Positions 39,334-51,445 of a stretch of 64,000 nucleotides of DNA are shown piece by piece. Location of the stretch: contig NC_134029.1 of the NCBI RefSeq assembly GCF_964204645.1, positions 8,272,850 through 8,336,849 of the forward strand, in the 5' to 3' direction. The stretch is from Tubulanus polymorphus. Lineage: Eukaryota > Animalia > Nemertea. The first letter of the stretch is position 1. Each line of letters opens with the position of its first letter. A model generated the notes under the pieces. It made no database searches, had not been told where the DNA came from, and was given only the letters and a program-made list of their open reading frames with translations. A program made the position numbers and the translations under genes.

Positions 39334-39489
39334 CACTCAGCCCCTGATATACCGCTCACATCGGTGCAGAACAGTTTTGGCGGTATACATAGTATGGCGG
39401 TGTATCCGCGGTGTCTACGTATTTGTATTGAGATGTACATTGAGAAAACCTGGCGGTAGGTGGGGGTGGCGGTATATCGGGGTTGACTG
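39334..39489. mobile_element. Tc1/pogo-type MITE, second copy
   Basis: similar to 15795-15963. Confidence 0.75.
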
Positions 39490-40960
39490 TTTATAAAATC
39501 CCAAAATAAGAATAAGTAGAATCTGGTAATTTTATGACCCTAGTTTTCATGACACATCGAGTGAAACATCGAATGAAAAGGAAATGGACTCTTTTTACTC
39601 TTGTGGGATACTTTATTATCTTTACAACACGTGAAAGCGTCTAATCAATGGTTCTCGCTCGAGATGGCTGCGCTGCACGCTGGAGACGATATCTCACATT
39701 ATTGAAAATTCGATAACTAATCTTTTTACGATTTCATCGCGGACCTTCTAGAACGATATACGACATGAATCATTACTAGAAGCGAAAAAAATAGAAATTC
39801 AGGCGAAGATGGGCCATCGATATCTTTTTAATGAACAGGAGTTATTCAGGGGTCGATATAACTATATCGTCGAACCTTAACATGCGCCCGACCTTCCAGT
39901 GATCATTCTGTTGGCATGATGAAATTTCGATTAGCGACACGCGCGCGCGAAAGTGACGCGGCGTTATCGAGAATTCTGAATTGAGAATTCTATAACGGGC
40001 GTGAAGGGCCTTTGAAGGACGAATGAGGTAAATTATTAGGAAGGATATTTCATGTGGTCATTCAAGTTGACATTATTCGATTGCGATTCTTTTTTTGAAG
40101 ATCACGAAATTTCGAAGAAAACACACAATTTAAAGAAGTACTACGAGAAGTTTGACGTAGTGGCGTTTTCAAAATACATTCTATTTCCAAGAGCACTTAG
40201 AACAAGTACCACCTGGTCTGTGGAAACCGTAACAAAATATTTTACGAGGACTAAACCATCAGTAATAGAAATTATGTGACCTGGAAATTTGAACAATTTC
40301 CCAATTATTTACTTCAATTTAAACGAAAAATTCTGTAATGACCGTCGTCACAGAACTATATCTGTACTTCGATGTCCGATTTCAAAATCAAACTCCCTGT
40401 TTCGCTTCCGGTAGGTGTGGCGGGGGTTTGTAAGGGACACCAAATAGAAAAAAAAAATCAAACGAAATCTACCAATGAAATAAACAACAGTGTCAATCCC
40501 TATTTCATGATCAAAACAAGATATGTAAATTTTGTGAACGTTTGTGAATATTCAACTCAACTCGTATCAAGGAGATGTGTTCTCTTTCGATCTGTTATAT
40601 TTACATTGAGGTGGATGAAAATATTGGTGGCAACTCCTGGCAAGCAGAGGCTGAACGCATTTCATTGTCGTTCAATTTGTTTATTCTACGCGTCGAAATC
40701 TATGCGTCACATTGGAAAAAAGCAGCCGGACGCGAAAAGCACTGCCATCGCGGGAAAAAAATTTGTATTTCGGTCGACGCATTATCGCCGTTGAGGAGTG
40801 TGTACAGCCGACGCGATTTGAATCATCGGGCATTGATTGCTGTTCATTATCGACGGTTCGATCGTCACGAACGTCCAGCAGTCGTCGTGCCGTGGTTTCA
40901 GCGATTAACCACCCTCCCGCCGAAGTCGATACATCCAGGCTCTCGTGATCGATATATCAT

Positions 40961-41153
40961 CATACCCGCTTGCCAGGGTTCGATAACCTCCAGCCGGGGC
41001 ACACGCCAACGCAAAAACCCTGACTGCAGACCCTTCAGACCGGTGGCAGTTGAGCGGTAACCGGTCCGCCCAAGAAATCTTGGAGGGTCTGCGGCCAGGG
41101 TGTGTTGGCATGAGCTTCGGCGGGAAGGAATCAAACCCTGGCAAGCGGGGATG
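40961..41153. repeat. ~190-nt GC-rich imperfect hairpin element
   Basis: cccgcttgccagggttcgat / atcaaaccctggcaagcggg and inner accctgactgcagaccct / agggtctgcggccagggt. Confidence 0.75.
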
Positions 41154-42648
41154 TCAATATATAACTAGTGAGCATGTAATTTCGGCAGGTTCATTTCTCT
41201 TAATACTGTATTGAATTGTATCAAGTGGGCCTACTCAGCACCATCAGTGATGAAGGCGTTCGCTATAGTCGATGGGCACCAGAAAGCATGATGTAATAAA
41301 CAAGTATCGATCCTTTATCGGCAGGATTTCGAACCTGATGGCATCGAGACTGCCACAGTTAACCCTGCCTGACTAGCCGAGTGCACAGCAACGCGCAAAG
41401 CTTAGATGATGTCATCAGAAATCCCGTTTTATTTTAGCTCGGGTTATCCCAAGCCATGTTTATCGGTGAAATTTGCGTTAGCGATTATACAACGGGCAAT
41501 CTGATTAGCCTGTAAGTTTTTGTGCGGCAAACCTGCGCACCCGGTCTAGCATGGCAGGGTTTCGTGCGGCGGCTGAGTCTAGCGTTGCCATCAGGGCGGA
41601 CGACTAGTATCACGCCGCGAAGAGGATAATACGTACATATTCCTACGCTACGTAGAGGAACTGGCGTATATAATTACTGCCATACATAACGAACAGCCAA
41701 TTATGAAATTATAACTTATACCGACTGCAATCAATGACACTCAACTATGCGCTTCACAATTCAGCAGTGTTACTGTGATTTTTAGTATTTAACCAGTGAA
41801 TGATATATTGGTATTCACTATAATAGGCACGTATGCACCTGACAAAGGGTTTTTATAGGTTGTGTAATGCGAACCGGGTATCAGGTTAGCCATAGTTTTG
41901 ATAATGACTGCCGGTTTAGTGTCGACATACTGTTTTTTATGAGGTTGTGGGTACTCCATAAATTTGATGCGCTATTCATGAAATGCACGACTATCATCTG
42001 CAATGTTGTATGATAACTGTACGGTCAACCGTTCTAAAGTTTATCACCAGGATACGCAGGTCCTGGGTTTCATTCCCCAACGCAGGATAGAGCAAATTCT
42101 GCCGCCATCGGAATTTGAACCCATATAATTGGCTTACACCAACGGCCATTGTATCTACTATCTCAATATGTTACTGGGTTGTATTCATTCAAAATAAGGC
42201 GCTTAAATGAAAAAAAAAAACGTACGCGCCAAAGACCCTCGAGTAAGTCCCCATAAGAACAGGTAGTCAACTTTGATCTATCTTTTAAACCTTAAAAATC
42301 CTGTCGCGTGATCAAGACAAACTATTCCTTTGATCCATTTACTAACTATAAGCAAAGGCGCTTTGAAAAGTACGGTAATGTATTTTTAAGTAATTATCAT
42401 CTTTAAACTTTTTTTTCGCGATCGAAAATGATCAAGAGACATCGCCGGAGAACTCTGAGAACTCGGGGAATGTGACTTAGCGTGCGAGTTTGAATCTGCA
42501 GGCATCTAATCTCATTTTCGACTGCGTGGAAAGCGATTTAAACGTTTGCGAAGCCGATGAGTAATTGAAAAGTACTGTACGACACAGAACTAAAGAAACG
42601 TCTATGCTTTTCAAAAGACTCAAATTCAGAACTGAATCGTTGACTTAA

Positions 42649-42917
42649 CCCTTTCAATAGCTGACTAATTAATGTGCTAGAGTGCCGGAGGTAATGTTAA
42701 AATTTTGAAAAAATTCCACCCCAGTGTGTTGAATAACAGGCAGAGCGCTATAATGTGTACACCGGGGTGCTACACTGCGGTGCGGTGTATTGTTAGTCAC
42801 TAATATTTCACAGTGTTTGACAGGTGCTGCCATTTTTTTCATTAGAGATAAAAATAATTTTATCAAAGTCCATCGTGGATCTATACACCGCGCTGCGGTG
42901 TAGACGCACTGAAAGGG
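42649..42917. mobile_element. piggyBac-like MITE family B copy
   Basis: TTAA-CCCTTTCA ... TGAAAGGG-TTAG. Confidence 0.75.
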
Positions 42918-43437
42918 TTAGATTACAGGATTGAAAAATGTTCATTTCATATTTCCATTCATGATGTAAAGGATGAAATTAGGTGGCATGTTTCATGCTA
43001 TAAACAACCATCTCCCCAGTTAGGTTGAAGGTTAAAAATCTTTGTCAGAAATCTTAACAAAAATTGTTAGTCCTGATTTGATGGGGCTAATGCGTATTCA
43101 GCATTATAGTGATCACTGAGCAAATTAGGCCCGGAACAACTGTTCACAAAGGTGCAAAATGGGCCCAGGCCAAATTTGGCCTGACCATCATTTCACTACA
43201 CGTCTCAAATACGATTAGAAATTGTTAGATATACGCCAGCATACAATTCATTGTAGCTTTTTTACCATGTAAATTATATCCACCTTATATATTATCCCTG
43301 AACTAAAACAGGACAGCCAATAGACGTGGAGAAATAGGTAGGTGGTCCAATTCATACACACTAGACGACAATTTCAGGGTCAAATACGTACTCTTACTTC
43401 ATATATCAGTAAGGTTTCTGGTTAGTTCTGAGCTTAC

Positions 43438-43536
<99 letters not shown>

Positions 43537-44135
43537 AAATTGTAAAATTGATAAATTTATAAATACATTTGACCGCAAATTCTCATCACCGACCCCACCC
43601 ACGTGTATAGCGAGTGATGGCAGATTTGTGTTTGCATGTTTTACACACTTATTAGTACGCCCAGACTATGGATGCCGCGTAAATATCAATTACCGATCAC
43701 ATTCCTGAAAAGGACAAGTTATTTAGTGAGTAATGGCAGTGAAAATATCTTTCGTTCCGAATACACATAGGAAATCTGCCGGCATTTCCGAATCTCAGGT
43801 AACAGTAGCAGCAGCCGTTCCAACTATTGCGCCCGTAAGACCAATTTTCTATTCCGGGTTAGTGTCTATATATATACACGTATATATATGTGCTTAATCT
43901 ATGCGAACCACTCTACAGTGCAAAAACACATTTCATTAAACGGACAATACGTTTAAACCTCCTTCCAATCAGGCTTCCAACAAAAATATTCGAATTTGCA
44001 AGTCCTGGCTGAACAAAGGATTGTTTGCCAGAACCAAAATGTCCAATTACCTACTTCCGTAAAGTTCGACCTTTTTTATTTTAAACCTTCAAAACGTAAG
44101 CCCCCTGGTAGAATAGCCACAATCAAACATGGAGA

Positions 44136-44270
44136 GTGACGATGATCTCTAGGGTGGGTGAGATTGAAACGTCGTGCCTTTTAATATGATATTTTTTGAT
44201 TATTCAATAAATCATCGGTTCAATGTGTAAACGGTTGGTTTCTATTTTACCCCACTGCAGGTGTGGTCGG
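44136..44270 (+). mobile_element. second, degenerate copy of the Penelope-like hammerhead terminus
   Basis: gtgacgatgatctctagggtgggtgagattgaaacgtcgtgcctttta...gtgtggtc is similar to 13250-13395. Confidence 0.7.
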
Positions 44271-44848
44271 TTTGTACAAGGCACACGCTTAATGAACGGA
44301 ATATTCAATTTTCTTATTCTTTTCCATGTAACAGATGAGCGTGACCACCAGTAACCGAGGAATGAGATGACTGAGATGACGATATTTCCAAGTACCGTGG
44401 TTAGTGGTTGAACAAGAACAAAATAACATAGAAATCATAATCGATATACATGTAGTTAGTTCTGGTATATAAGCTATAAACGATGCGCAGACGATGAAAT
44501 TCTCTATAATGATTATTTCAAGAATTCGCCCGATATTTGCATCAGTATTCCGCTGTACGAGTGTTTAGTGTATATTGACAGAAATATCCGAAATAAATAA
44601 CCATCGGCTCAGTATAACAACACTGATGTTCTGACAGCGAATAGTTGGCTCTTGAATGATAATCACAACGCGCATGCCGAACTAGTTGCATGACAATGAA
44701 CTAAACGATACAAAGAAGTTGTCAGTTTCTAGAATATCGGGAAAAACTCTAATGGGTCATCTTGATGAACAGCAGGGACTGGCGACGAAATATTGGGGGG
44801 CTATGGGTCTACAGTTCAAATTCGAGTAGTAAAATGGGATATCACATA

Positions 44849-45191
44849 AGCCGCGATCACAAGAGCATTTTTGGCACGGGCCAAATTTGGCACGGAACAA
44901 CTGTTCACACGGGTGCCAAATGGGCCCGAGCCTGTTTGGCCCGGGCCAAATCTGGCCCGACCAAAAACGTCGGACCAGCCCCGAGCCAAATTTTAGCACC
45001 AGACAAATGATTGCGTTTGAATTGCAACAGGCACCGGAAAAGATCCACTTCGCTTTGTTTGACCATTGTTTAGTATCGAGTGAATGGTTTGCGTGTGAAT
45101 GCGCTCTCTAATTAGGCATGTACCAAATTTGGCCCGAGCCTGATCCGTGCCAATTTGGCGTGGGTCAAATCGTCTCCATGTGATCGCGGCT
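44849..45191 (+). mobile_element. MITE family A, full-length copy (PIF/Harbinger-like), TIR AGCCGCGATCAC
   Basis: TIRs AGCCGCGATCAC / GTGATCGCGGCT, ATA on both flanks, internal ggccaaatttggcc repeats. Confidence 0.85.
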
Positions 45192-45204
45192 ATAAGATCG
45201 AAAA

Positions 45205-45537
45205 AGTATTTTCAGCCCACGCCAAATATGTCCCGTGCCAAATTAGGCTCAGAACAACCGTTCGAATAGGTGACAAATCGGCCCGTGCCTGTTTTCCCCA
45301 ACAAAAAGCATCACACTGAGCCTGAGCCTAATTTTAGCATGGGTCAAATTATTGGATGTGAATTGCAACTGGCTGCGAAAGTGACTCATTTCTTCTATAT
45401 AGGCATTGTTTAGTATCGAGTAAATGGTTTACGTGTGAACCGAATCATTAATTTATATTAGGCACAGGCAAAATTTTACTCGAGCCTGATCTGGGCCGCT
45501 ATAGCCTGGGTCAAATCATCTCCGTGTGACCGCGGCT
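45205..45537 (+). mobile_element. MITE family A, diverged copy adjacent to the full-length copy
   Basis: family motifs; ends gtgaccgcggct. Confidence 0.75.
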
Positions 45538-47356
45538 ATAGGACGGCTTGGATACATGAATATCATGGATCTAATGTTACCTAGTGATAACTAGCAAACT
45601 TTACAAGATTAGGATTCGAATTGAACCGGACCAAAAACTGTAGTAATGGTATGAATTGACCGGAACCCCCCTGAAAGTTGTTTTCAGGAAAGTAGTATAT
45701 TGGCATCGTTATTAATAGTATCATTGTTATTGTAACATTTATGAAAGGTCGATTTCTGACATTTCTCGATGAAGAACGCGACTGACTAGCGACCCCGGAC
45801 AAAAAAAAACCTAGGCGCAAATTGGATAAGTCGATAACTTTTCATCGAACGAAAAGAATATCTTCTAGCGCGCGGAGAAAGTCGCCTGGACAATGATAAG
45901 TAAAGGCTAAACAAGTTTTCGATCCATTACGTATGCCTTCTAGCTGAACGTTACTTAAAGGTCACTAGCCACAAGATTCCTGTCAACATATATGTGCTTT
46001 ATAAGCCATTTACGGTCGTATGTGATTTGTATCAATATTTGATGGACGAACGCAGACGACAGCGCCACCGTGCCGACGCATGTTGAGTCGGTTATGATTG
46101 AATTATTAAACAAAGCGGGGGTCTCGCTGGAAAAATATTTCCTCGATGATAATACGCGACGTAATGCCGATGATATATCGAGGGATTCGGCCCCGCATGA
46201 AGGTGGTCGCGTCGTGTTTCATTTCAGCTCTCAGCTCGCGATGTAACAACATCGCGGTAAACGCGAGTCAACAAAAAGTGCTGTTTATACTTATATCCGA
46301 TCTTTCCATGCCATTGTTCCTGAAAAGTTTTTGTTCCTGAAAATATTTTGTTCTGTATCATTGGGGGGATGTGGGGGGCATTCATACTGTCATGGCTTAG
46401 ATTTGATGCAAGACCAGTCAAAAACGAAATTCCATAGCCACAACTAACAACTTAAGACCAGTCCTAAGATCTAAGACTGCTTTTGGATATAAATCACCAA
46501 TTTTTCTATGCCGCTGTTCATGAAAAAGGGATGGATATATATTTGGTTCTATGCCATCGGGTGAAGGGGGCTGTCACACAGTCATGGCTTAGATTCAATT
46601 TAAGACCAGTCAAGGCCCGTTTTTATTATACAACTACTCTTAACAGCTTAAGACCAGCCTCGAGATCGAAATACCACTATTGGATTTAAGGCAATGGAAA
46701 CTTTTGTTTTTCAGAAATACTATTGCTATGCGCACCAGATCCCTCAAATGGCATAAATTTAGCAAATCTAGTACCACCACAAGTCAACCCAAACAACTCT
46801 ACCCTAAAGTACTCGCTAAAGTGCCTGAACCAGAATTTCAATGTTTAATAGTGCTAATTAAACTTCAAGTAGCTCGGAATGTCGATGTAAGAAAATCCTC
46901 GGGGATTGAGAACTAGTCGCTGGTCACATGTCTACGGCAACAATTAAACACACTTCAGAACCCTGGCCAACTCGAGATTTACAGATGATACTGTTCTCTA
47001 ATCTTCTAATCAGTAAACTCCTGCGGGATTTCAATGACAATGGAACATTCCGTTTCGATGTTAATTTAAATGCAGCATTCCTCTTTAAATATATAGTCTA
47101 ATTAAACAGTGTTCTCCGATCAGATCGAGAATGCTGCTTAAACGCCATACGCACCGAATTCAAGAAGGAAGAAATTTGCTTCCTGCACTAACAGTCATCA
47201 CAGCTTAAATTTTTTTACTAAAAACAAATTAATCCCAAGTTACTTTCAAAAGCCTTTTTTCAAAGCATTCGTCATTCTTATCCCTGAGTCTACTAGATAA
47301 TTCGTTCCCAAGTGAACAACCTCCGGAATCTCGAAAGCTTCATTAAAAACATTGTA

Positions 47357-47645
47357 CCCTATAGCAAATAACTTCAAAAAAATCCTAGATACTGAGCTCC
47401 CTCACAAATAGTCGACTTTCGGAAAGAGGACTTGAAAAAATAAACTTCAGGTACCAGTGGACAGTCATGGATTCAAGACCTATTTTACACCATTTAAGTT
47501 CTTAAGGCCGGTGATATAAAGCTACATGAAAAACCCTAGCAGATAACTTTAAAAAGCCTAGATAACTCAGCTCCCTTTGCAGTAGTAGACTTTCTTTAGT
47601 GGACTTAAAAACAGGTACCAATAGACAGGCATGGATTCAAGACCA
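47357..47645. repeat. diverged direct duplication (about 47357-47481 vs 47534-47645)
   Basis: shared ataactt..aaaa..cctagata, caggtacca..gacag.catggattcaagacc. Confidence 0.7.
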
Positions 47646-48339
47646 GTCTTAGACTGTCTTAGTTCTTAACGCCGGTCATGTTTGGACTTTAAACTCACTT
47701 TTGGCAACTGGCCCTGAATTTCTAAGACTGGTTTTGAGTTGTAAGATTGGCTACAGGGATAAGATGGTCTTCTATTAGTCGTGACTGCAAAACTGGCCTG
47801 AAGCGGGGTATTTTTTACGGTAATATAATTTATCAACCCCTTTTACATCCTTCATTCCAATGCAAGAATAGGCCTTGAACAGTCGAGTATACACGGCATT
47901 TATGCTACCGAGCCGTAGCATTATACGCCGCTGCAATTCATGAAATTTCCACCACTATCCTGAAAACCACTTAGTAACATAACATCGCGTCAAAACTAAT
48001 CCCCTCAACAAATCATCCATCATTGCAATGATGATGCTACTCCTTTACTGATATTTAAAAATCTTCTTTCCTCCGACAAATCGTCGGCAGCGGGTCTCGC
48101 GCAAATTATGAAAGATTGCTGCGACGATGACGGCGGCGGTGCTGGATTATACATTCAGGCAATCGCGGTCTACGAAACTCAATTTTGCAATGACTACCAA
48201 AAACAAATCTGTGGTAGACTAAAGACCGGCATCGGTTGGTGTTGCAACTGATGATGATGCCAGTTGCAAAGAGTGGCACATATTCCACACTCTCCAAGTC
48301 ACAATCGAAACTGACGAAACTGACGATAGCCGAGAATAG

Positions 48340-50789
48340 TGCCACGATCACGTTTTTGACCCAACATTCACACGCGTGCCAAATAAGCCTTTTTACAGTT
48401 TCCAGGCGCCATTTTTTTGGGTACCCGCCGGGTCCGCATTGTTGAATTTTTTGTCCCTATCTTTCTCCGGTTTAATTTTTTTATTTCGTTCATATCTCTG
48501 GATTTGATTAAGATAGAAACAAAGTAAAAATATCGATGAACTCGGCTGATAATAAACTTTTTTATGATATCACTCATTTATAAAGTTAATGCAACAATGT
48601 GCGCTGGTGAAGTTATAAACATTGATATCGTCTTCCCGATAATTCAACTTGAATTATTGCTCATCCCATTCAAAAGTTTGTAATTCTTACAAATATTAAT
48701 CTACATTTTTGAAAATATCAGGACCAATAGCCATCTATATGTGGTCTTATATACCTTTTACTGTTTTCAATTATCTTTATTAGTTTTTAAGTAATTGCGA
48801 GTCAAACTTCCAAAACACGTTTTCCCGGGTCCCCTGGGTGCATCTTTATATCAGGAAATTTCACAATTTCACCGGTCCCTACTTTGTTGAAAATCAATTT
48901 ACTAAGTAACCATGGAAATAAGGGCACCTAGGATTTTGAAAAATGGTTATTAAAGATATATATTCTCTAGGATTTGTCAAAATAAACAAAATAACCCAGG
49001 TGTTGCTTTAACCAGCTACCTAGGTTCACAACAGATCATTTTGTCCAACGTGTTTCATTCGATTCCAAAACTGCACGTACGGGTATACGATTGCAAATGT
49101 GAAAGTCAGACATTATGTGGCACATGTATGAGGACCACAGTCTCAATGCTGCGTCGCATTGCCGTCGCAAATTTGCATGGCTACTTACGTGAAGTGGGCT
49201 AATACAGACCTTGTGTGATCAAAACTGACTTGGAATTCGTGCCAAATCTCAAAACAACTATCAAACACACGAGATCAATTTTGACAGAAAGTAAACGAAA
49301 GTTATGTTCCTTACTAATATATTCCAAAGTTCCAATCTTTCTAACACAATCGACTAAGCCAAATATATTCAAATTCAATTTGAAACACCTTCCAGCTCTT
49401 GTCACGATCAGTAATAAAGATCGAACATCGAACATTCTCAAAAAAGCAAAGCCGATCCAACGGTTTGCAAGCGTCAAGTTTGACACGGCCGTGGCTGCCT
49501 CCATTTGTGTGGAGCTGCTGCTGAAAATTCAAAAATGTAAATCGGGTACCGGTATTTAACTGAAGACCGAGTGCTCGCCATTACACCATGGTATTTCTGA
49601 TGGTTAACTTTTGAGCAACTGGCTCCAGAATCACTAGCCAACGGCCATATTTCATTGATGCAATATACTGTGAAACGATATAATATAGACGGGAGATCAA
49701 TGAACACTAAGACTTATTTCGACTTTTTTGACTATCTTAGATGATTGGGAGAGGGGTCAAAAAATAAGGACATTTTCCGTGGTTTAAGGCTGTGAGTAGG
49801 GTGCCCCTCGGTGTTGAAACAAATACATCCAAAACAATTTAATTTGCAAGAGGATGAGTGTTAGATTTGTAAGTTTTATGCGATCACTGTCTTGACAAAG
49901 ATGGTAAACTTAATGGGAAGGAGCAGGGGTCCGGACTACCGACCCTCCAAACCCGTAGTCTGTCCCTGTGTTACTAGAAATATATCTCTATTTACCATTT
50001 TTTTCAAATAACTAGGTGCCCTTGTTTCCATAGTTACTGAAAATTTTGATTTTAACAATGTAGGACCGGTTAAATTGGCAAATTTCTTGATATAAATATG
50101 CACACATGATACTCTAGAAAACGTGTTTTGGAAGTTTGACTCGCAATTACTTAAAAACTAATAAAGATAATTGAAAACGGTAAAACGTATATAAGACCAC
50201 ATATAGATGGCTATTGATCCTGAAAATTTCAAAAATGTAGATTAATATTTGTAAGAATTACGAACTTTTGAATGAGATGAGCAATAATTCAAGTTGAATT
50301 ATCGGGAAGACGATATCAATGTTAATAACTTCACCAGCGCACATTGTTGCATTAACTTTATAAATGAGTGATATCATAAAAAAGTTTATTATCAGCCGAG
50401 TTCATCGATATTTCTACTTTGTTTCTATCTTAATCAAATCCAGAGATATGAACGAAATAAAAAAATTAAACAGGAGAAAAATAGGGACAAAAAATTCAAC
50501 AATGCGGACCCGGCGGGTACCCAAAAAAATGGCGCCTGGAAACTGTAAAAAGGCTTATTGGCCCATGCCTGTACGCCCCAGGCCAAATTGGGCCCCAGTG
50601 AAAACTGAATTTCAACACGGTTGAAATTATTATGTACGAAATGTAACTGGTTCCGGCAGTGACTCATTTCGTTTTTCAAGGCCTTGTTTAGTATCGATTG
50701 AACGATTGACGTGCTTTTTAATTAGGCACGGGCCAAATTTGACACGGGTCTGATCCGGGCCAAATCGTCTCCGTGTGCGATCGCCGCTT
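48340..50789 (+). mobile_element. MITE family A copy split by the foldback element (48340-48384 and 50559-50789)
   Basis: left piece gccacgatcacg..ttcacacgcgtgccaaat; right piece tggcccatgcctg...gcgatcgccgct. Confidence 0.7.
48385..50556. mobile_element. 2.17-kb non-autonomous foldback DNA transposon, ISL2EU-like, ~590-bp TIRs, AT TSD
   Basis: arms about 48385-48970 and 49974-50556 (AAGCCTTTTTACAGTTTCCAGGCGCC...); flanked by AT on both sides; removing it restores the host MITE motif gtgccaaat-tggccc. Confidence 0.85.
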
Positions 50790-51179
50790 TGACCGAAACC
50801 TGCCGTCAAGACTCCAGAAATATCTAAAAAAAACCTTTTCGTTCATCGTTCATTCATAGTTCAAATCGGTAAAGAGATGATATTACGTAATTACGCGAAA
50901 AACGCCAGAAAAAAACGCGTAAAAAGCAATCGGCTTTTACTACGGATTAGCAGAAACCCGGATGGATGATCCATCATCGTTTGGGTTTCTAAGCATAATC
51001 CGACAGTTCATATTCGAGAGCGACTATGTTTTTCGTGCGATCGTAGATTCGAAATAATTGTAATGACGATGATATCGGATGAGGATGGATAGAAAAGGCA
51101 ATTTCAAACGACATTGCCGTACGTACATGCTCAGCTCGCTCGCAGGTAGGACTACAAGCACTATAGCGGTCAGAGATGT

Positions 51180-51445
51180 TTAAGCCCGGATCAGGGCCCG
51201 AGTCAAATTTGGCCCGTGCCACTGACTCGATACTAAACAATGCTCAAAAAGTCACTTCCGGAACCAGTTGCATTTCAAACGCAATAATTTGTCTCGTGCT
51301 AAAATCTGACTCGGGCCTGGTCCAATGTTTTTGGTCGGGCCAAACAGGGCCCATTTGGCACCCGTGTGAACAGTTGTTCCGAGCCAAATTTGGAACGGGC
51401 GAATCGAAAAATATTTGCCTGGGTATGACTTATTATGATCGGGGT
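51180..51445 (-). mobile_element. MITE family A copy, reverse orientation
   Basis: reverse complement of family A internal sequence. Confidence 0.7.

Noticed and set aside
48368-50624. Two ORFs with identical N-termini (MSDIIKKFIISRVH..., 48368-48577 minus and 50364-50624 plus)
   Set aside because: Mirror images produced by the foldback element's inverted arms; no recognisable domain
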